A stretch of 64,000 nucleotides of DNA from Nitrososphaeria archaeon. Lineage in GTDB: Archaea > Thermoproteota > Nitrososphaeria > Nitrososphaerales > JAAOZN01. Within the stretch, counting starts at the first letter, position 1. Every line of letters starts with the position of its first letter. Positions 10,788 through 20,421 of the stretch are shown piece after piece. Below the pieces are notes generated by a model that was not told where the DNA came from, searched no databases, and saw only the letters and a list, made by a program, of their open reading frames with translations. The stretch is from NCBI GenBank assembly GCA_029775855.1, contig JARVJZ010000004.1, positions 96,001-160,000 of the forward strand. The letters are read 5' to 3'. A program made the position numbers and the translations under genes.

Positions 10788-10820
10788 TGGTGGTTTCTCC
10801 CACCACATCTTATTTTTATT
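10788..10820 (+). terminator. Hairpin plus T-tract after the substrate-binding protein gene
   Basis: tggtgg-tttctc-ccacca stem followed by tatttttatt. Confidence 0.5.
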
Positions 10821-11011
10821 AGCTTATATATCAAAATTTTGGAGGAATCGCAAAAATTAGCAGACGAATTATATATCACCGAATACTACAAAACAAATCT
10901 ATCAAGAATTATTGAGGTTTTTGGTAATTAAATTAATTCTTCAAGTCAAATTCTCAGATATGTATCGAAAATTTTTAAAGAGACTTTAGGTGCAGTTATA
11001 CACGATGGGAA

Positions 11012-12196
11012 TTGAATAAGTGGATCTATCCGCCAATCGGCTTCGTCATAAACATAGCCTTAGGCACCATTTACAGCTGGAGCGTATTTAGAGTACCTTT
11101 AGAAAAAATCTTTAGCTGGTCAAGTGTTGAGTCGAGCTTACCTTTTACCGTCTTTCTGGCTTTATTTGGGCTTACTATGCCTTTTGGTGGAAGAGCGATG
11201 TCCACTATTGGTCCAAGGAAGACCGCGCTCTTAGGTTCGATCTTGGTTGGTTTAGGTTGGGTGCTTGCTGGGTTTGCTGGTCAGGTTTCTTGGCCTCTCC
11301 CATACATGCTCATTGCTTACGGTGTGGTTGGCGGTATCGGCGTTGGCTTAGTCTACGGTGTTCCTATAGCTGTGTCGAGTAGATGGATACCTGAGCGTAA
11401 GGGGTTAGCCACAGGCATCACAATACTAGGCTTCGGTCTCTCTCCGCTAATCACAGCAGTAACATCAGCAGCCATGATTCAACTCTATGGTGTCCTTCAA
11501 ACCTTCCTCTACCTAGGAGTAATATTCGCCGTAATCTTGATCCTACTCTCTCTACCGCTTAAATTCCCACCAGCACAGACACCATCAACAACTACAGCTT
11601 CAGCTGCTAAAGGCATAGACATACAGCCTAGACAAATGGTTAAGACTAGACTATTCGCGGGACTCTGGCTCTCATATGTGCTTGGAACCACAGGAGGCTT
11701 TATAGCGATCTCTTTAGCGGCAAAATATGGGCAAGAGGTCTTAAAGCTCGAGCCAGCTATAGCAGCTGTTGCCACAGCCGTCTTCGCCATCTTCAACGGT
11801 GTTGGCAGACCATCTTTTGGATATCTATGCGACAAGATAGGCCCATATAATTCTGCTTGGATCTCCTTCATAATCATCCTCGCATCAGCCCTAGTCGCTA
11901 GCAGCGGCGCCACGCTACCCATTTACTTCGCAACCTTTGCACTACTCTGGTTCACATTCGGAGGCTGGCTAGCTATCGCCCCAGCTGCTACATCAACATA
12001 CTTCGGTGTTAAGAACATAGGTGCGAACTACGGCATCGTCTTCACAGCTTATGGTGTTGGTGCTATAGTTGGTCCCCAAGTTGCTTCATACCTCTACACA
12101 ACAACAGGCTCATACATCCTAGTCTTCACAACGACAGCTGTGCTCGCGGTTATTGGGTTAATTGTGGCGCTAACTACTTTAAAGCGTGGCAGCTAA
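11012..12196 (+). CDS. MFS transporter, oxalate/formate antiporter (OFA) family
   Basis: GTIYSWSVF, WIPERKGLATG, FNGVGRP, GANYGIVFTAYG. Confidence 0.88.
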   Translation: MNKWIYPPIGFVINIALGTIYSWSVFRVPLEKIFSWSSVESSLPFTVFLALFGLTMPFGGRAMSTIGPRKTALLGSILVGLGWVLAGFAGQVSWPLPYMLIAYGVVGGIGVGLVYGVPIAVSSRWIPERKGLATGITILGFGLSPLITAVTSAAMIQLYGVLQTFLYLGVIFAVILILLSLPLKFPPAQTPSTTTASAAKGIDIQPRQMVKTRLFAGLWLSYVLGTTGGFIAISLAAKYGQEVLKLEPAIAAVATAVFAIFNGVGRPSFGYLCDKIGPYNSAWISFIIILASALVASSGATLPIYFATFALLWFTFGGWLAIAPAATSTYFGVKNIGANYGIVFTAYGVGAIVGPQVASYLYTTTGSYILVFTTTAVLAVIGLIVALTTLKRGS

Positions 12197-12201
12197 GCAG
12201 C

Positions 12202-12603
12202 CTACAACATAATAGTTTTGTTTATGTAATGCTCAACAAGGTAGAGGGTGTGCTGATTTCTAGGTGAGCCTTCAACTCTAAGCTTAAAATCATCATACAC
12301 CTTGAGGATTGCTTCTTCAGACTGTGAGCATCGGTGTGTCAGAGCTCCTCCGGCTTGGACTTGGGTTAAAGACCACTCTATTTTATCTTGGTCTCTGCAT
12401 ATTAGAATCGCCCATCTGAAGCCTCTTTTAGCTTCTGTGAAGCCCAATTCTCTCGGCGCTTCAGTTTCACCCCAGCGTTTCTCCTCGCAGAAGATCTCCT
12501 TACATAGGTTGCACATCCAAACATCAACAGCACCTATAGCCCTTCTGCTATGCATAAGGTTGACTGCCCCCATATAGAGCACTTCATGCTTACAGTTCGT
12601 CAT
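12202..12603 (-). CDS. Hypothetical Cys/His-containing protein, co-transcribed with trmB
   Basis: CKH, CxxC, HRC; 9-nt gap from trmB. Confidence 0.65.
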   Translation of the reverse strand: MTNCKHEVLYMGAVNLMHSRRAIGAVDVWMCNLCKEIFCEEKRWGETEAPRELGFTEAKRGFRWAILICRDQDKIEWSLTQVQAGGALTHRCSQSEEAILKVYDDFKLRVEGSPRNQHTLYLVEHYINKTIML

Positions 12604-12612
12604 ATAGCCACC

Positions 12613-13392
12613 TTACCTAACATGCTCTTCTAGTGTAGTTGAGTCTGACCACAGGTAGTCGAAGTAGTTTTTCGCGAACTTCGCTAATCCGCTGTGATCT
12701 GACCATATGGCTAAATGTGACTCATTCTCTCCGCTTGCTCCAAGTATAAGTATAACTTGAGTAGCATCAGCTATTACTCCACCGCCAAACATCTGATCTC
12801 TTACTCTCACTTCGCCTAGTTTCGCCAAGGTTTGTAATATGTTTTGGCTTATGTTTGATGATAGAAGCACACGTACCTTAACATTTGAACCAAGCCTTGC
12901 AAATGTTGGTGTGATTAGGTTGGCTAATTTTGGTGATATGGATGGTATGGCTATGTTGAGCTCCTTTCTACAGGAGGATATGGTTTCTTTAACTTTACTT
13001 AGAATGTTATATTCTCCTCTTATGATCCAGATTTCAGGCCTCTCTCTTACATCCCTCTTCTCATATATTGGTGTGAGCTCCTCTATAACTCTACTTTCGT
13101 TTTCAGCCATCTCCTTCTCCAACCTCATCTTAGTAATCTCGACGCAGGTCGCGGGCGGCTTGGGGTAGAATCTACTCGGCCTAGAGCGCTCCACCTCAAC
13201 CCAACCCTTCTCCTCCAAGCTGTTCAGAACCTCGTAGATCTTCGAATATGGCACACCAGAGTTCCTGCTAAGGTCTGATGCTGTCTGCTCACCGTATTCA
13301 ATCAAAGTTGTGTAGGCCTTTATCTCATACTCAGTCAACCCAAGACCCTCCAACGCTTTTCGAGCACGCTCACTAATAGGCAGCAGAACCAC
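12613..13392 (-). CDS. trmB: TrmB-family transcriptional regulator
   Basis: LGLTEYE…SGVPYSKIYEVLNSLEEKGWV wHTH plus C-terminal effector domain ending FDYLW. Confidence 0.9.
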   Translation of the reverse strand: MVLLPISERARKALEGLGLTEYEIKAYTTLIEYGEQTASDLSRNSGVPYSKIYEVLNSLEEKGWVEVERSRPSRFYPKPPATCVEITKMRLEKEMAENESRVIEELTPIYEKRDVRERPEIWIIRGEYNILSKVKETISSCRKELNIAIPSISPKLANLITPTFARLGSNVKVRVLLSSNISQNILQTLAKLGEVRVRDQMFGGGVIADATQVILILGASGENESHLAIWSDHSGLAKFAKNYFDYLWSDSTTLEEHVR

Positions 13393-13479
13393 CTTCTACT
13401 ATTACGTATCCTTGCAACCCTTATTAACCTTCTACCCAAAGATAAATGGTATCTAAGATTCTATGCTGAGTGATTAGGC

Positions 13480-14574
13480 TTAGAATAGAGATTGAGTAAC
13501 AGTCCTAGCTATCCTTGCTATTTGATAACGTTGCTTATCACCAGGCTCTTTGGAAGTTGCTAAGGATGCTTCAAGCCTCGAAGCTCTAAGCATTAACTCT
13601 AACTTTTCAGATTCACGACCTTCTTGGATAGCTAGATATAGTAGTTTAACAAATTCTATTGCGTCATCAGCTTCGGTGCGTCTGATCTGTGTAGCTTTGC
13701 TTAGAGCAGCTCTTAATAATCTCTCCACAGAGTCTTCTTTATCTTTAAGTTTAGATAACGCTTTACCGCATCTAAGCCAGAGATCGGTCAAGTGAACCGT
13801 GACCGCTGAGATGGGCTTCATAGACTGACCAGGCTCTTCCACATCTATTACGAGTAGGTCTTCTGCTGAAGATGGTGGAAGCTTTAAGGCAAACCAGAGT
13901 ATCAGAGCCTCCTCTGGATTTAATCCTGGGATGGATGATACGTGGTCTCTGAGGTTAATGTATAGATCGTATTTTGAAACCTTTAGGTTAATAGGGAAGA
14001 TTAATGTAGTGAGCAATGAGCGAGCAATTCTTCTAGCCATATGTCTAGCTGCTAAGTATCCCGCTATGCAAATCATTGTTTGATGTATGTTAAGCTTAAA
14101 ATCAAATTTGTATTTGCTGTCGAAGAATGGTGCTCTAGTCAGAGCGTACAGATCTAGCAGAAAGACTTGGAATGGGATGAAATCTCCGTCTTCCCTAAAT
14201 GGGAATAAAGATTGAAAAATCTGCTGATGATATGAATTTAGGCTTTTTGAGTATTTCTCTAACGCTTCTAAGATAGACGCATTTGGTGGTAGAGATAAAG
14301 ATTTAAGTAAATTCGGCAAAAGTTTCTTTCTTTCGTTGTTTGTCACTGGGAATTCGCTACGAAAGCCTTTCTGATTATAGTTTTGGGATAATTCTATGGC
14401 TTTTTTAAATGCATCTTGCAAAACTGGTCTTATGTCCGGGCCTACAGCTTCCAGCTCCACACCACGGTCTATAAATGTTAATCGAGCTGCATCATAATCA
14501 ATTAACTTAAGGAATGCGAAGTAAAGGTGTCTCAGATAGGGTAAGCTGGGGAGACCTAATTTAATCTTCTTCAA
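13480..14574 (-). CDS. cas8a: Type I-A CRISPR large subunit Cas8a (Csa4-like)
   Basis: Last gene of the csa5-cas7-cas5-cas3'-cas3'' operon, about 360 aa; called mainly on gene position. Confidence 0.75.
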   Translation of the reverse strand: MKKIKLGLPSLPYLRHLYFAFLKLIDYDAARLTFIDRGVELEAVGPDIRPVLQDAFKKAIELSQNYNQKGFRSEFPVTNNERKKLLPNLLKSLSLPPNASILEALEKYSKSLNSYHQQIFQSLFPFREDGDFIPFQVFLLDLYALTRAPFFDSKYKFDFKLNIHQTMICIAGYLAARHMARRIARSLLTTLIFPINLKVSKYDLYINLRDHVSSIPGLNPEEALILWFALKLPPSSAEDLLVIDVEEPGQSMKPISAVTVHLTDLWLRCGKALSKLKDKEDSVERLLRAALSKATQIRRTEADDAIEFVKLLYLAIQEGRESEKLELMLRASRLEASLATSKEPGDKQRYQIARIARTVTQSLF

Positions 14575-15241
14575 GGCTTATCAACTCTTCCACAAACCAT
14601 CGCCTATCAGCTGCTAAATCACCGCCTCTAGCTTTGTAAGCATCTAGGTTATCGCCAACAGAGAGTGGTGTAAGAAGCAACATGTAGAGTTTAAGCCCTT
14701 CCGCCTCCTTATTATTCTTAGAAATTTTATCGTTGATAGCGCAGCGCAGCGTCTCAAAATCACTATATGAAACGCAAATATCTACAGTAAGGTTAAAGTG
14801 TTTACAGATGAACTCCTTGACAGCATCACCATACATGTTGAAGCGCCAGGTTGTGATGAGTTTTGTAGGCGTTTGGCTCAGCCAGTCTCTAATAGCGCAC
14901 ATATGTTGAAGTACTACCATAAACACGATATCTTTGACCGCTGCTAGACGCAAAGCCTCACATATTCTAGAACTTATGACTGCAGATGGAATTTCGTGGA
15001 GATGGAAACTTAAGGGCAAATAGTTCTTTTGGTATCTATCATCAGCCTTTCCAATATCGTGTAGTAGGGATGAGATTCTTACAGCCTCTTCTAACATTTC
15101 ATGATCTATCTCTAACCCATATTTCTTAAATCGCTTGCAAACAACATCTTTGCCCATCTTATCCAAGGTACGTGAAGCTATCTTTTCAGTATTTTCTAGA
15201 TGCTCAAAGAGGTTATGATTAGGGTATGCATATGGAGCCAT
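14561..15241 (-). CDS. cas3'': CRISPR-associated HD nuclease Cas3''
   Basis: LFEHL, LHDIGKA…YQ, HEIPSA, QH, GDNLDA. Confidence 0.92.
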   Translation of the reverse strand: MAPYAYPNHNLFEHLENTEKIASRTLDKMGKDVVCKRFKKYGLEIDHEMLEEAVRISSLLHDIGKADDRYQKNYLPLSFHLHEIPSAVISSRICEALRLAAVKDIVFMVVLQHMCAIRDWLSQTPTKLITTWRFNMYGDAVKEFICKHFNLTVDICVSYSDFETLRCAINDKISKNNKEAEGLKLYMLLLTPLSVGDNLDAYKARGGDLAADRRWFVEELISLEED

Positions 15242-15242
15242 T

Positions 15243-16835
15243 TTAATTCAACCCTATCAAACTATCGTATGTGTTTGCGTCTATAACTACTCCTCTGTAT
15301 CCTTCTCTCAGTAGATATAGTGCTACTGAGGGCTTCATCATATAAATGGGCATATAATCGGTTTCTCCACTCTTAATATTCTTGAGAACCTTAAGCTTGC
15401 CACTTGTAGAAAGCTTTAAAACCTCTTTCTCACTTAGTGGAACTGCTTCTTTAGGGTTGTAAAAATCTTCCTTGTAGCCACTGATTATACCAGCTGAGTT
15501 TGTGAAACCCTGAAAGTATAGATAAGCATTCTTGGCGTCGATTAAACCAAATATTGGGCGAGAATCAATATTCTTAAGCGCGTCAAACATTTTTTGAGAA
15601 ACCCGAAGAGTACCGACACTGCTAAAAACTCGCTCTATTAACTCCTTACTCTTTACGTAAGTGAGATTATCGCCTTCCTTAAGGTAATTCCACGTTATAT
15701 CGACTAATTCTTTGTCATATGGGTGGTTATCGTCTAGTTTTAGAACCCATATCTCACCTTGGTCTTTATTCCTAGCTACCCTTCCCGCTCTTTGCACTAG
15801 TCTATCGGCTGGGCAGCATTCAGTAATCATCACATCGAAGTTTACATCAACACCAGCTTCTATTACTTGGGTCGCCACTACAAAATAGCTGCTTCTACTC
15901 CTAATATCAGTTAAAAACGACCGTCTTGACTCCGGAAGACGGCCATGCGCCAGAATCAAATCCTCGCGTATGGAATCCTCTTGCTTCAACCTCCTATAAC
16001 ACTCTACAGCTTTATCTACAGTATTAAATATCAACGCAACCTTTAACCCTCTAAACTTCAGCAAGTCTAAGTCGCTCAACGCAGTTAGCCGGTGAATTAA
16101 TCTTTGCTTCCTATTGATCTTCTCGTCAAAGCGTTGATCTTCACCAGGCGTATAAACAATCTTCTCTACACTGAAGTTATATTGGCTCAACTTATTCTCA
16201 ATCAAATCTAATATTGGTTTAGGAAGCGTAGCAGTCATTACGACAACTGAAATACCCGCCTTCAGCATGGATATTATAGCCGCCAAGACAGCGGTGATGC
16301 TCTTCATCTCTTCAGAAACAGACCCTAGACCGCTCAATAGATGAAATTCGTCAAGAACCACAATCGAAGTATAGATCATGGCTCTAGGATGCTCAAAATG
16401 TGCAACATTCCTATCAAAAGCTTTAGCAAGCTCGTAAGCAGGCAGCTTAAAAAAGTTCAAGATGAAGCTATCCAGCGTCGTAACTATACATCTTTTAAAA
16501 AATAGTGGCGAACCTGGGGTAAGCATATACTGTGCAGCAACATTCTTAGTTGCGCTAGCACCTAAGACATTTCCAACACATTCTCTTACCCTCATATATA
16601 GGTCATCTATGATACTCCTCATAGGTAATACGTGTATAACCCTGCTGAAGTATGGGTTACCTTCGATAGCTAATCTGGCTAAAACCGTTGTTGCTGTGGA
16701 CTTTCCATAGCCAGCTGGGAGATCCAGTATATACAACTTGGGTTCGTCGAGTTGTTCAAGGTTTAAAGCAAGTTCCTTAAAGAATTTGCTTAAGTAAAAT
16801 CTGTCTTCAAAACCTAACTTTTTAGTAGTCTCCAA
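15243..16835 (-). CDS. cas3': CRISPR-associated helicase Cas3'
   Basis: PAGYGKST, DEFH, MTAT, HGR, ATQVIEAGVD, QRAGRVAR. Confidence 0.95.
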   Translation of the reverse strand: METTKKLGFEDRFYLSKFFKELALNLEQLDEPKLYILDLPAGYGKSTATTVLARLAIEGNPYFSRVIHVLPMRSIIDDLYMRVRECVGNVLGASATKNVAAQYMLTPGSPLFFKRCIVTTLDSFILNFFKLPAYELAKAFDRNVAHFEHPRAMIYTSIVVLDEFHLLSGLGSVSEEMKSITAVLAAIISMLKAGISVVVMTATLPKPILDLIENKLSQYNFSVEKIVYTPGEDQRFDEKINRKQRLIHRLTALSDLDLLKFRGLKVALIFNTVDKAVECYRRLKQEDSIREDLILAHGRLPESRRSFLTDIRSRSSYFVVATQVIEAGVDVNFDVMITECCPADRLVQRAGRVARNKDQGEIWVLKLDDNHPYDKELVDITWNYLKEGDNLTYVKSKELIERVFSSVGTLRVSQKMFDALKNIDSRPIFGLIDAKNAYLYFQGFTNSAGIISGYKEDFYNPKEAVPLSEKEVLKLSTSGKLKVLKNIKSGETDYMPIYMMKPSVALYLLREGYRGVVIDANTYDSLIGLN

Positions 16836-16849
16836 GTAGGTTTCGAATA

Positions 16850-17701
16850 TCAGAAACAGAGCACCTCCTCATCCCTTAACATTATAACATACCCATCAAC
16901 TATCTTAAAGTTCGTAGGCTTAGTCGATATTGGCACCCTAGTTCCAGGTATTATATAGTCTTCGAATATCAGTTTATCTTTTCTTGACCAACCACCCCTC
17001 CAAAACTTCTCAATATAGAATTCTCTTGGCTCACTGCTTGCTTCTGCAAGCTTATATGGGAAGTAGCATTTGGTTCTAACCTCTAGAGGTGGTTTCAGTA
17101 CATTTAGATTAGGTAGTATTTCTGCTCTGCTTACGCTGACGATAGATTCCTTACTACCCACCCTAGTTATATTCGAAGCTGCTTTTAGAAAGCATTCTTC
17201 AGGGTTATCTACAAGTAATTTTCTTGCTTCATTAAGATCTATGATGTAGCAAGCTGTGCCCCTGCCGTTAGGCATTGAAACCTTACCTACACGCAACGCA
17301 CCCATTCGATATTGCGGGAGATACCTTCTTTTACCCAGAAGAGTACCTGTTTTCTCATCTTTTTCTGGAACTAATTGATGATAGTGGAGCGTTATATATT
17401 TATTTGTATCTTCGTAGGTGAAACCTGCTTGTTTCTCATTAAAGTAAAACGAAACTGCGGGTATGGCGCTATCAAGAATTGCCGCAGCGCTGCTAACACC
17501 TAAATCTGTTTTTACGACTTCACCTTTAACCCCATTTAATAAGCCAAAATGTATTAACGGCTCGGCTAAAGCGCCTATGAGTGTTGTAGGTGGCGGAATG
17601 GTGAGCGTCTCCTGGTATCTACTTGTAAACGGAGCCCTTACCCAGAAGCCCCAATGAAATGTGAGCTCAACCCGTAAACCTAAGAGTTGGCGGGTAGCCA
17701 A
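16850..17701 (-). CDS. cas5: Type I-A Cas5
   Basis: FHWGF…PPPTTLIGALA RAMP signature, RVGSKESIVSV. Confidence 0.93.
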   Translation of the reverse strand: MATRQLLGLRVELTFHWGFWVRAPFTSRYQETLTIPPPTTLIGALAEPLIHFGLLNGVKGEVVKTDLGVSSAAAILDSAIPAVSFYFNEKQAGFTYEDTNKYITLHYHQLVPEKDEKTGTLLGKRRYLPQYRMGALRVGKVSMPNGRGTACYIIDLNEARKLLVDNPEECFLKAASNITRVGSKESIVSVSRAEILPNLNVLKPPLEVRTKCYFPYKLAEASSEPREFYIEKFWRGGWSRKDKLIFEDYIIPGTRVPISTKPTNFKIVDGYVIMLRDEEVLCF

Positions 17702-17714
17702 TGCAGACTCTTGC

Positions 17715-18719
17715 TCAACTCTGCGCGAGACTTACTAGTTCTTTCAGAACTTCTTCAACAGAATTGAAAATAGGTATTTGGAGACCTTTCGCAGCACCTT
17801 CCTTGTCAAATGCCAGTATAGTCGCACTGCATTGTTCTTTACTCAACCTATTGATTGTGTTAATTAAAGCATCTTTTCTCTCTACAGTTGTTGGAATATA
17901 GTCTTTGCCGTTTCCAGGGGAGACGATGAACTTTAAACCTTTTGAATAGCTGGCTACAAGAGAAACCGGCTGCATATTCGGTAGAAATCTTGAACGCTTA
18001 GCGCCGAAAGAGAGGTAGCTAAATAACTTCACAACCGCGGATAAAGCGCCATTTATCCTTTCTACCCTAGAGCTACTCAACCGATCTTCATTATTCTTAT
18101 CGACATCACCAAACTGCGTTGATGGCACACCTATCCTTGATAAATCGATGTTAAATGTGAAGGTATAGAGAGCACTTCCCACTTCAACATTATAAGGCAT
18201 CTGAAGATTTTTGCTAGACGGTGCGAACCTGACATGGAACTGGCTCTCCAGCGCAGCAACTTCTTCCTCATTGATTGCTGGTATAGCGTAGCCTACTTGA
18301 AAACAAGAAGTTCGTTTAACTGGTATGTTACCTGCGTAGAGAAAGCCTCCAACATCTGCCACATAATCACTTAAAAGAATAGCAACTTCCGTCTTTCTAA
18401 TTTCATCCTCCTTTACAGGGGGAGAGAGCCCTTCCTCTTTTAGTATTTGATCATCGCTAAATTTAAGGAACTCAAACCTTCTGGAGTAGCTGCTTATAGG
18501 TAGGTCTCTTTGAATTGCTTCTTCAACCAATAACTCTTGATAAGCATGGGCTATCGACTCACCAGATAATACAGGAAGAAACCTTACGGTATAGCCATCC
18601 TTTGTTGGGATAACGATAGGTGCTGTCCTGTGGCGCGCCAAGTTTCCTACAGTCTCTACTCCACTTAGGCTTTCAAGATTTAGTAGAGCCCTCAAAGCTA
18701 TGCTTATGAAAGCCATCAT
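17715..18719 (-). CDS. cas7: Type I-A Cas7 (Csa2/DevR)
   Basis: ETVGNLARHR, PVLSGESIAHAYQ, DVGGFL, FGAKRSRFLP. Confidence 0.96.
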   Translation of the reverse strand: MMAFISIALRALLNLESLSGVETVGNLARHRTAPIVIPTKDGYTVRFLPVLSGESIAHAYQELLVEEAIQRDLPISSYSRRFEFLKFSDDQILKEEGLSPPVKEDEIRKTEVAILLSDYVADVGGFLYAGNIPVKRTSCFQVGYAIPAINEEEVAALESQFHVRFAPSSKNLQMPYNVEVGSALYTFTFNIDLSRIGVPSTQFGDVDKNNEDRLSSSRVERINGALSAVVKLFSYLSFGAKRSRFLPNMQPVSLVASYSKGLKFIVSPGNGKDYIPTTVERKDALINTINRLSKEQCSATILAFDKEGAAKGLQIPIFNSVEEVLKELVSLAQS

Positions 18720-19126
18720 TTCTCACCTTTTCTAACCGCTTCGGAAACCTTGCTTGCTACAAGTGTGGCTGCATAAGCAGCTGTTTGTCTTGCAACTTTT
18801 ATATCTTTAGAAGCGCTTGCCAGAAAGTTGTCATAAGCTTTGCAATCAGGAAGATTACCCTTAATAATGAAAGTTCTTTCCCCATCCCATTCGGCGTTTA
18901 CCCTAATGTTATCTCCTTCTTGCGTAATTGATTGACCTTGTTTTGGATTCCTCATTATAACTTCTAAGCCTCGTGCAAGTTCATATACGCCTTTGTTAAC
19001 AGCATCCACACTTATCGCGTTCGCCAACCTATCGAGAACAGTATAGCTCCTTGTAGCAAGAACTAGGGCTGCCAGAGCCCTAGCTACACCATAATTGATA
19101 TACCCTTCAGTCAATCCTATCAGCAA
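18716..19126 (-). CDS. csa5: Type I-A small subunit Csa5 (Cas11)
   Basis: SYTVLDRLANAIS motif; first gene of the operon, overlaps the cas7 start. Confidence 0.85.
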   Translation of the reverse strand: MLIGLTEGYINYGVARALAALVLATRSYTVLDRLANAISVDAVNKGVYELARGLEVIMRNPKQGQSITQEGDNIRVNAEWDGERTFIIKGNLPDCKAYDNFLASASKDIKVARQTAAYAATLVASKVSEAVRKGEK

Positions 19127-19141
19127 TTACTCTACAGCATC

Positions 19142-19168
19142 TCCATATAAATGTTTCGTTTAGATGGA
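19142..19168 (-). promoter_or_regulatory. csa5 promoter (BRE/TATA) inside an imperfect inverted repeat
   Basis: Minus strand reads cgaaacaTTTATATgga, about 20-25 nt before the csa5 TTG; tccatataaa-N7-tttagatgga has 1 mismatch. Confidence 0.55.
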
Positions 19169-19194
19169 AAATTTTCTAAGAAGAAAAACTTAAG

Positions 19195-19226
19195 TATCAT
19201 TGTTCTATCTTGTTAGAACAATGATA
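19195..19226. promoter_or_regulatory. Perfect 13-bp inverted repeat overlapping the csa3 start; candidate operator
   Basis: tatcattgttcta-tcttgt-tagaacaatgata. Confidence 0.65.
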
Positions 19227-19865
19227 ATCATCCTTACCTTAGGGTTTGACGAAAAATTTGCATTGAGAGCCGTGGCTAGAAGAGGCTTAACTCCTCAAGA
19301 CGAGGTGTTAGTGATCTTAGCAGAGCCTGTAGATGAGAGAGTTGAAAGAGCATATAGGCAACTCAAGGATCTTATAAAGAAGATCTACGACCAAGCTTGT
19401 GTAAACAGTGTTACAGTTGACGCTAAGAATTTTGACGCCGCATTGAATGTACTAGTTGAGGAGTTCTCCAAGCGGAGGAAATCAGAGTTTATAATTAATC
19501 TGAGCGGCGGTTTTAGAGCCCTAATACTAGAGGTTTTAGCAGCAGCTCTGCTAGCAGATGTTAAAGGCGAAGTAGAAAGTGAACTTGAAGACTTTACAAA
19601 AGTTATTACGTTTCCGCTTACGATCTTGAAACCTATTAATGTCGACAACACCGACTTAAGGATAATGAGTCTTTTAGGGGAAAGTGAACTCACTCTAAGC
19701 ACACTAACCACAAGAACAGGCCTTGGGAAAACCACTGTTTGGCGAAGGCTCAAAAGACTCGAAGAAGTAGGGTTGGCATCTCATCAGAGATTATATAAAC
19801 TTACAAGCTTGGGACTTCTCACCCTTAAAGTTAAAGGTATCCCTGATTATAAAAAAGAAAAATAA
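19221..19865 (+). CDS. csa3: CRISPR-associated CARF-HTH regulator Csa3
   Basis: TLGFDEKFALR, INLSGGFRAL, C-terminal wHTH (KTTVWRRLKRLEEVGL); start taken at the ATG at 19221. Confidence 0.93.
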   Translation: MIIILTLGFDEKFALRAVARRGLTPQDEVLVILAEPVDERVERAYRQLKDLIKKIYDQACVNSVTVDAKNFDAALNVLVEEFSKRRKSEFIINLSGGFRALILEVLAAALLADVKGEVESELEDFTKVITFPLTILKPINVDNTDLRIMSLLGESELTLSTLTTRTGLGKTTVWRRLKRLEEVGLASHQRLYKLTSLGLLTLKVKGIPDYKKEK

Positions 19866-19910
19866 AAGGCTTAAGAAGGTTTATTTAAAGAAAAAACGTT
19901 AACATCTGGT

Positions 19911-20318
19911 ATGCCTACGGAGAAGGAGGAGAGTCTGCTAAGAGAGGAGCGTGTAGCCAGACTAGCAACATTCTCTAAGAACGGTAAAATCCACTTGATT
20001 CCAGTCTGCTATGCATATGACGGCAAGCACATCTATGTAGGCACCAGCCTAGATTCTCAGAAGGTTAAGAACCTAAAGAGAAACAGCAGCGTATCCTTAA
20101 TCGTAGACAGATACTATGAAGACTGGTCGAAGCTGAAGGGTGTAATGATACAAGGCAGTGCTGAGGTGATAGAGGGGGGTGAAGAGTTCGAGTCAGCGAA
20201 GAAGATGCTATACCAGAAGTATCCGCAGTATGAAGAGCAAGTACCCATAAGAGAGGGTGAGTCAGCCATCATAAAGATAACGGTTGAGAAGATACTTTCT
20301 TGGGACTACGAAGGTTAA
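19911..20318 (+). CDS. Pyridoxamine 5'-phosphate oxidase-like (PPOX class, probably F420-binding) protein
   Basis: ARLAT…HLIPV…KVKNLKRN…VSLIVDRYYEDWSKL. Confidence 0.85.
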   Translation: MPTEKEESLLREERVARLATFSKNGKIHLIPVCYAYDGKHIYVGTSLDSQKVKNLKRNSSVSLIVDRYYEDWSKLKGVMIQGSAEVIEGGEEFESAKKMLYQKYPQYEEQVPIREGESAIIKITVEKILSWDYEG

Positions 20319-20421
20319 AAACTCGCTTAGCCAAGAAAGGATAACAGTCAGAGAAGATGCCAACATGCTTAGTGGAAAATAGGTGTATGGCTTAAATAAG
20401 AATATAGTCCATTTAAATAAT

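Noticed and set aside
13390-13479. Repeated accttctac downstream of cas8a as a possible mini CRISPR array
   Set aside because: Only 9 bp in two copies, within the trmB RBS/promoter region; no repeat-spacer structure.
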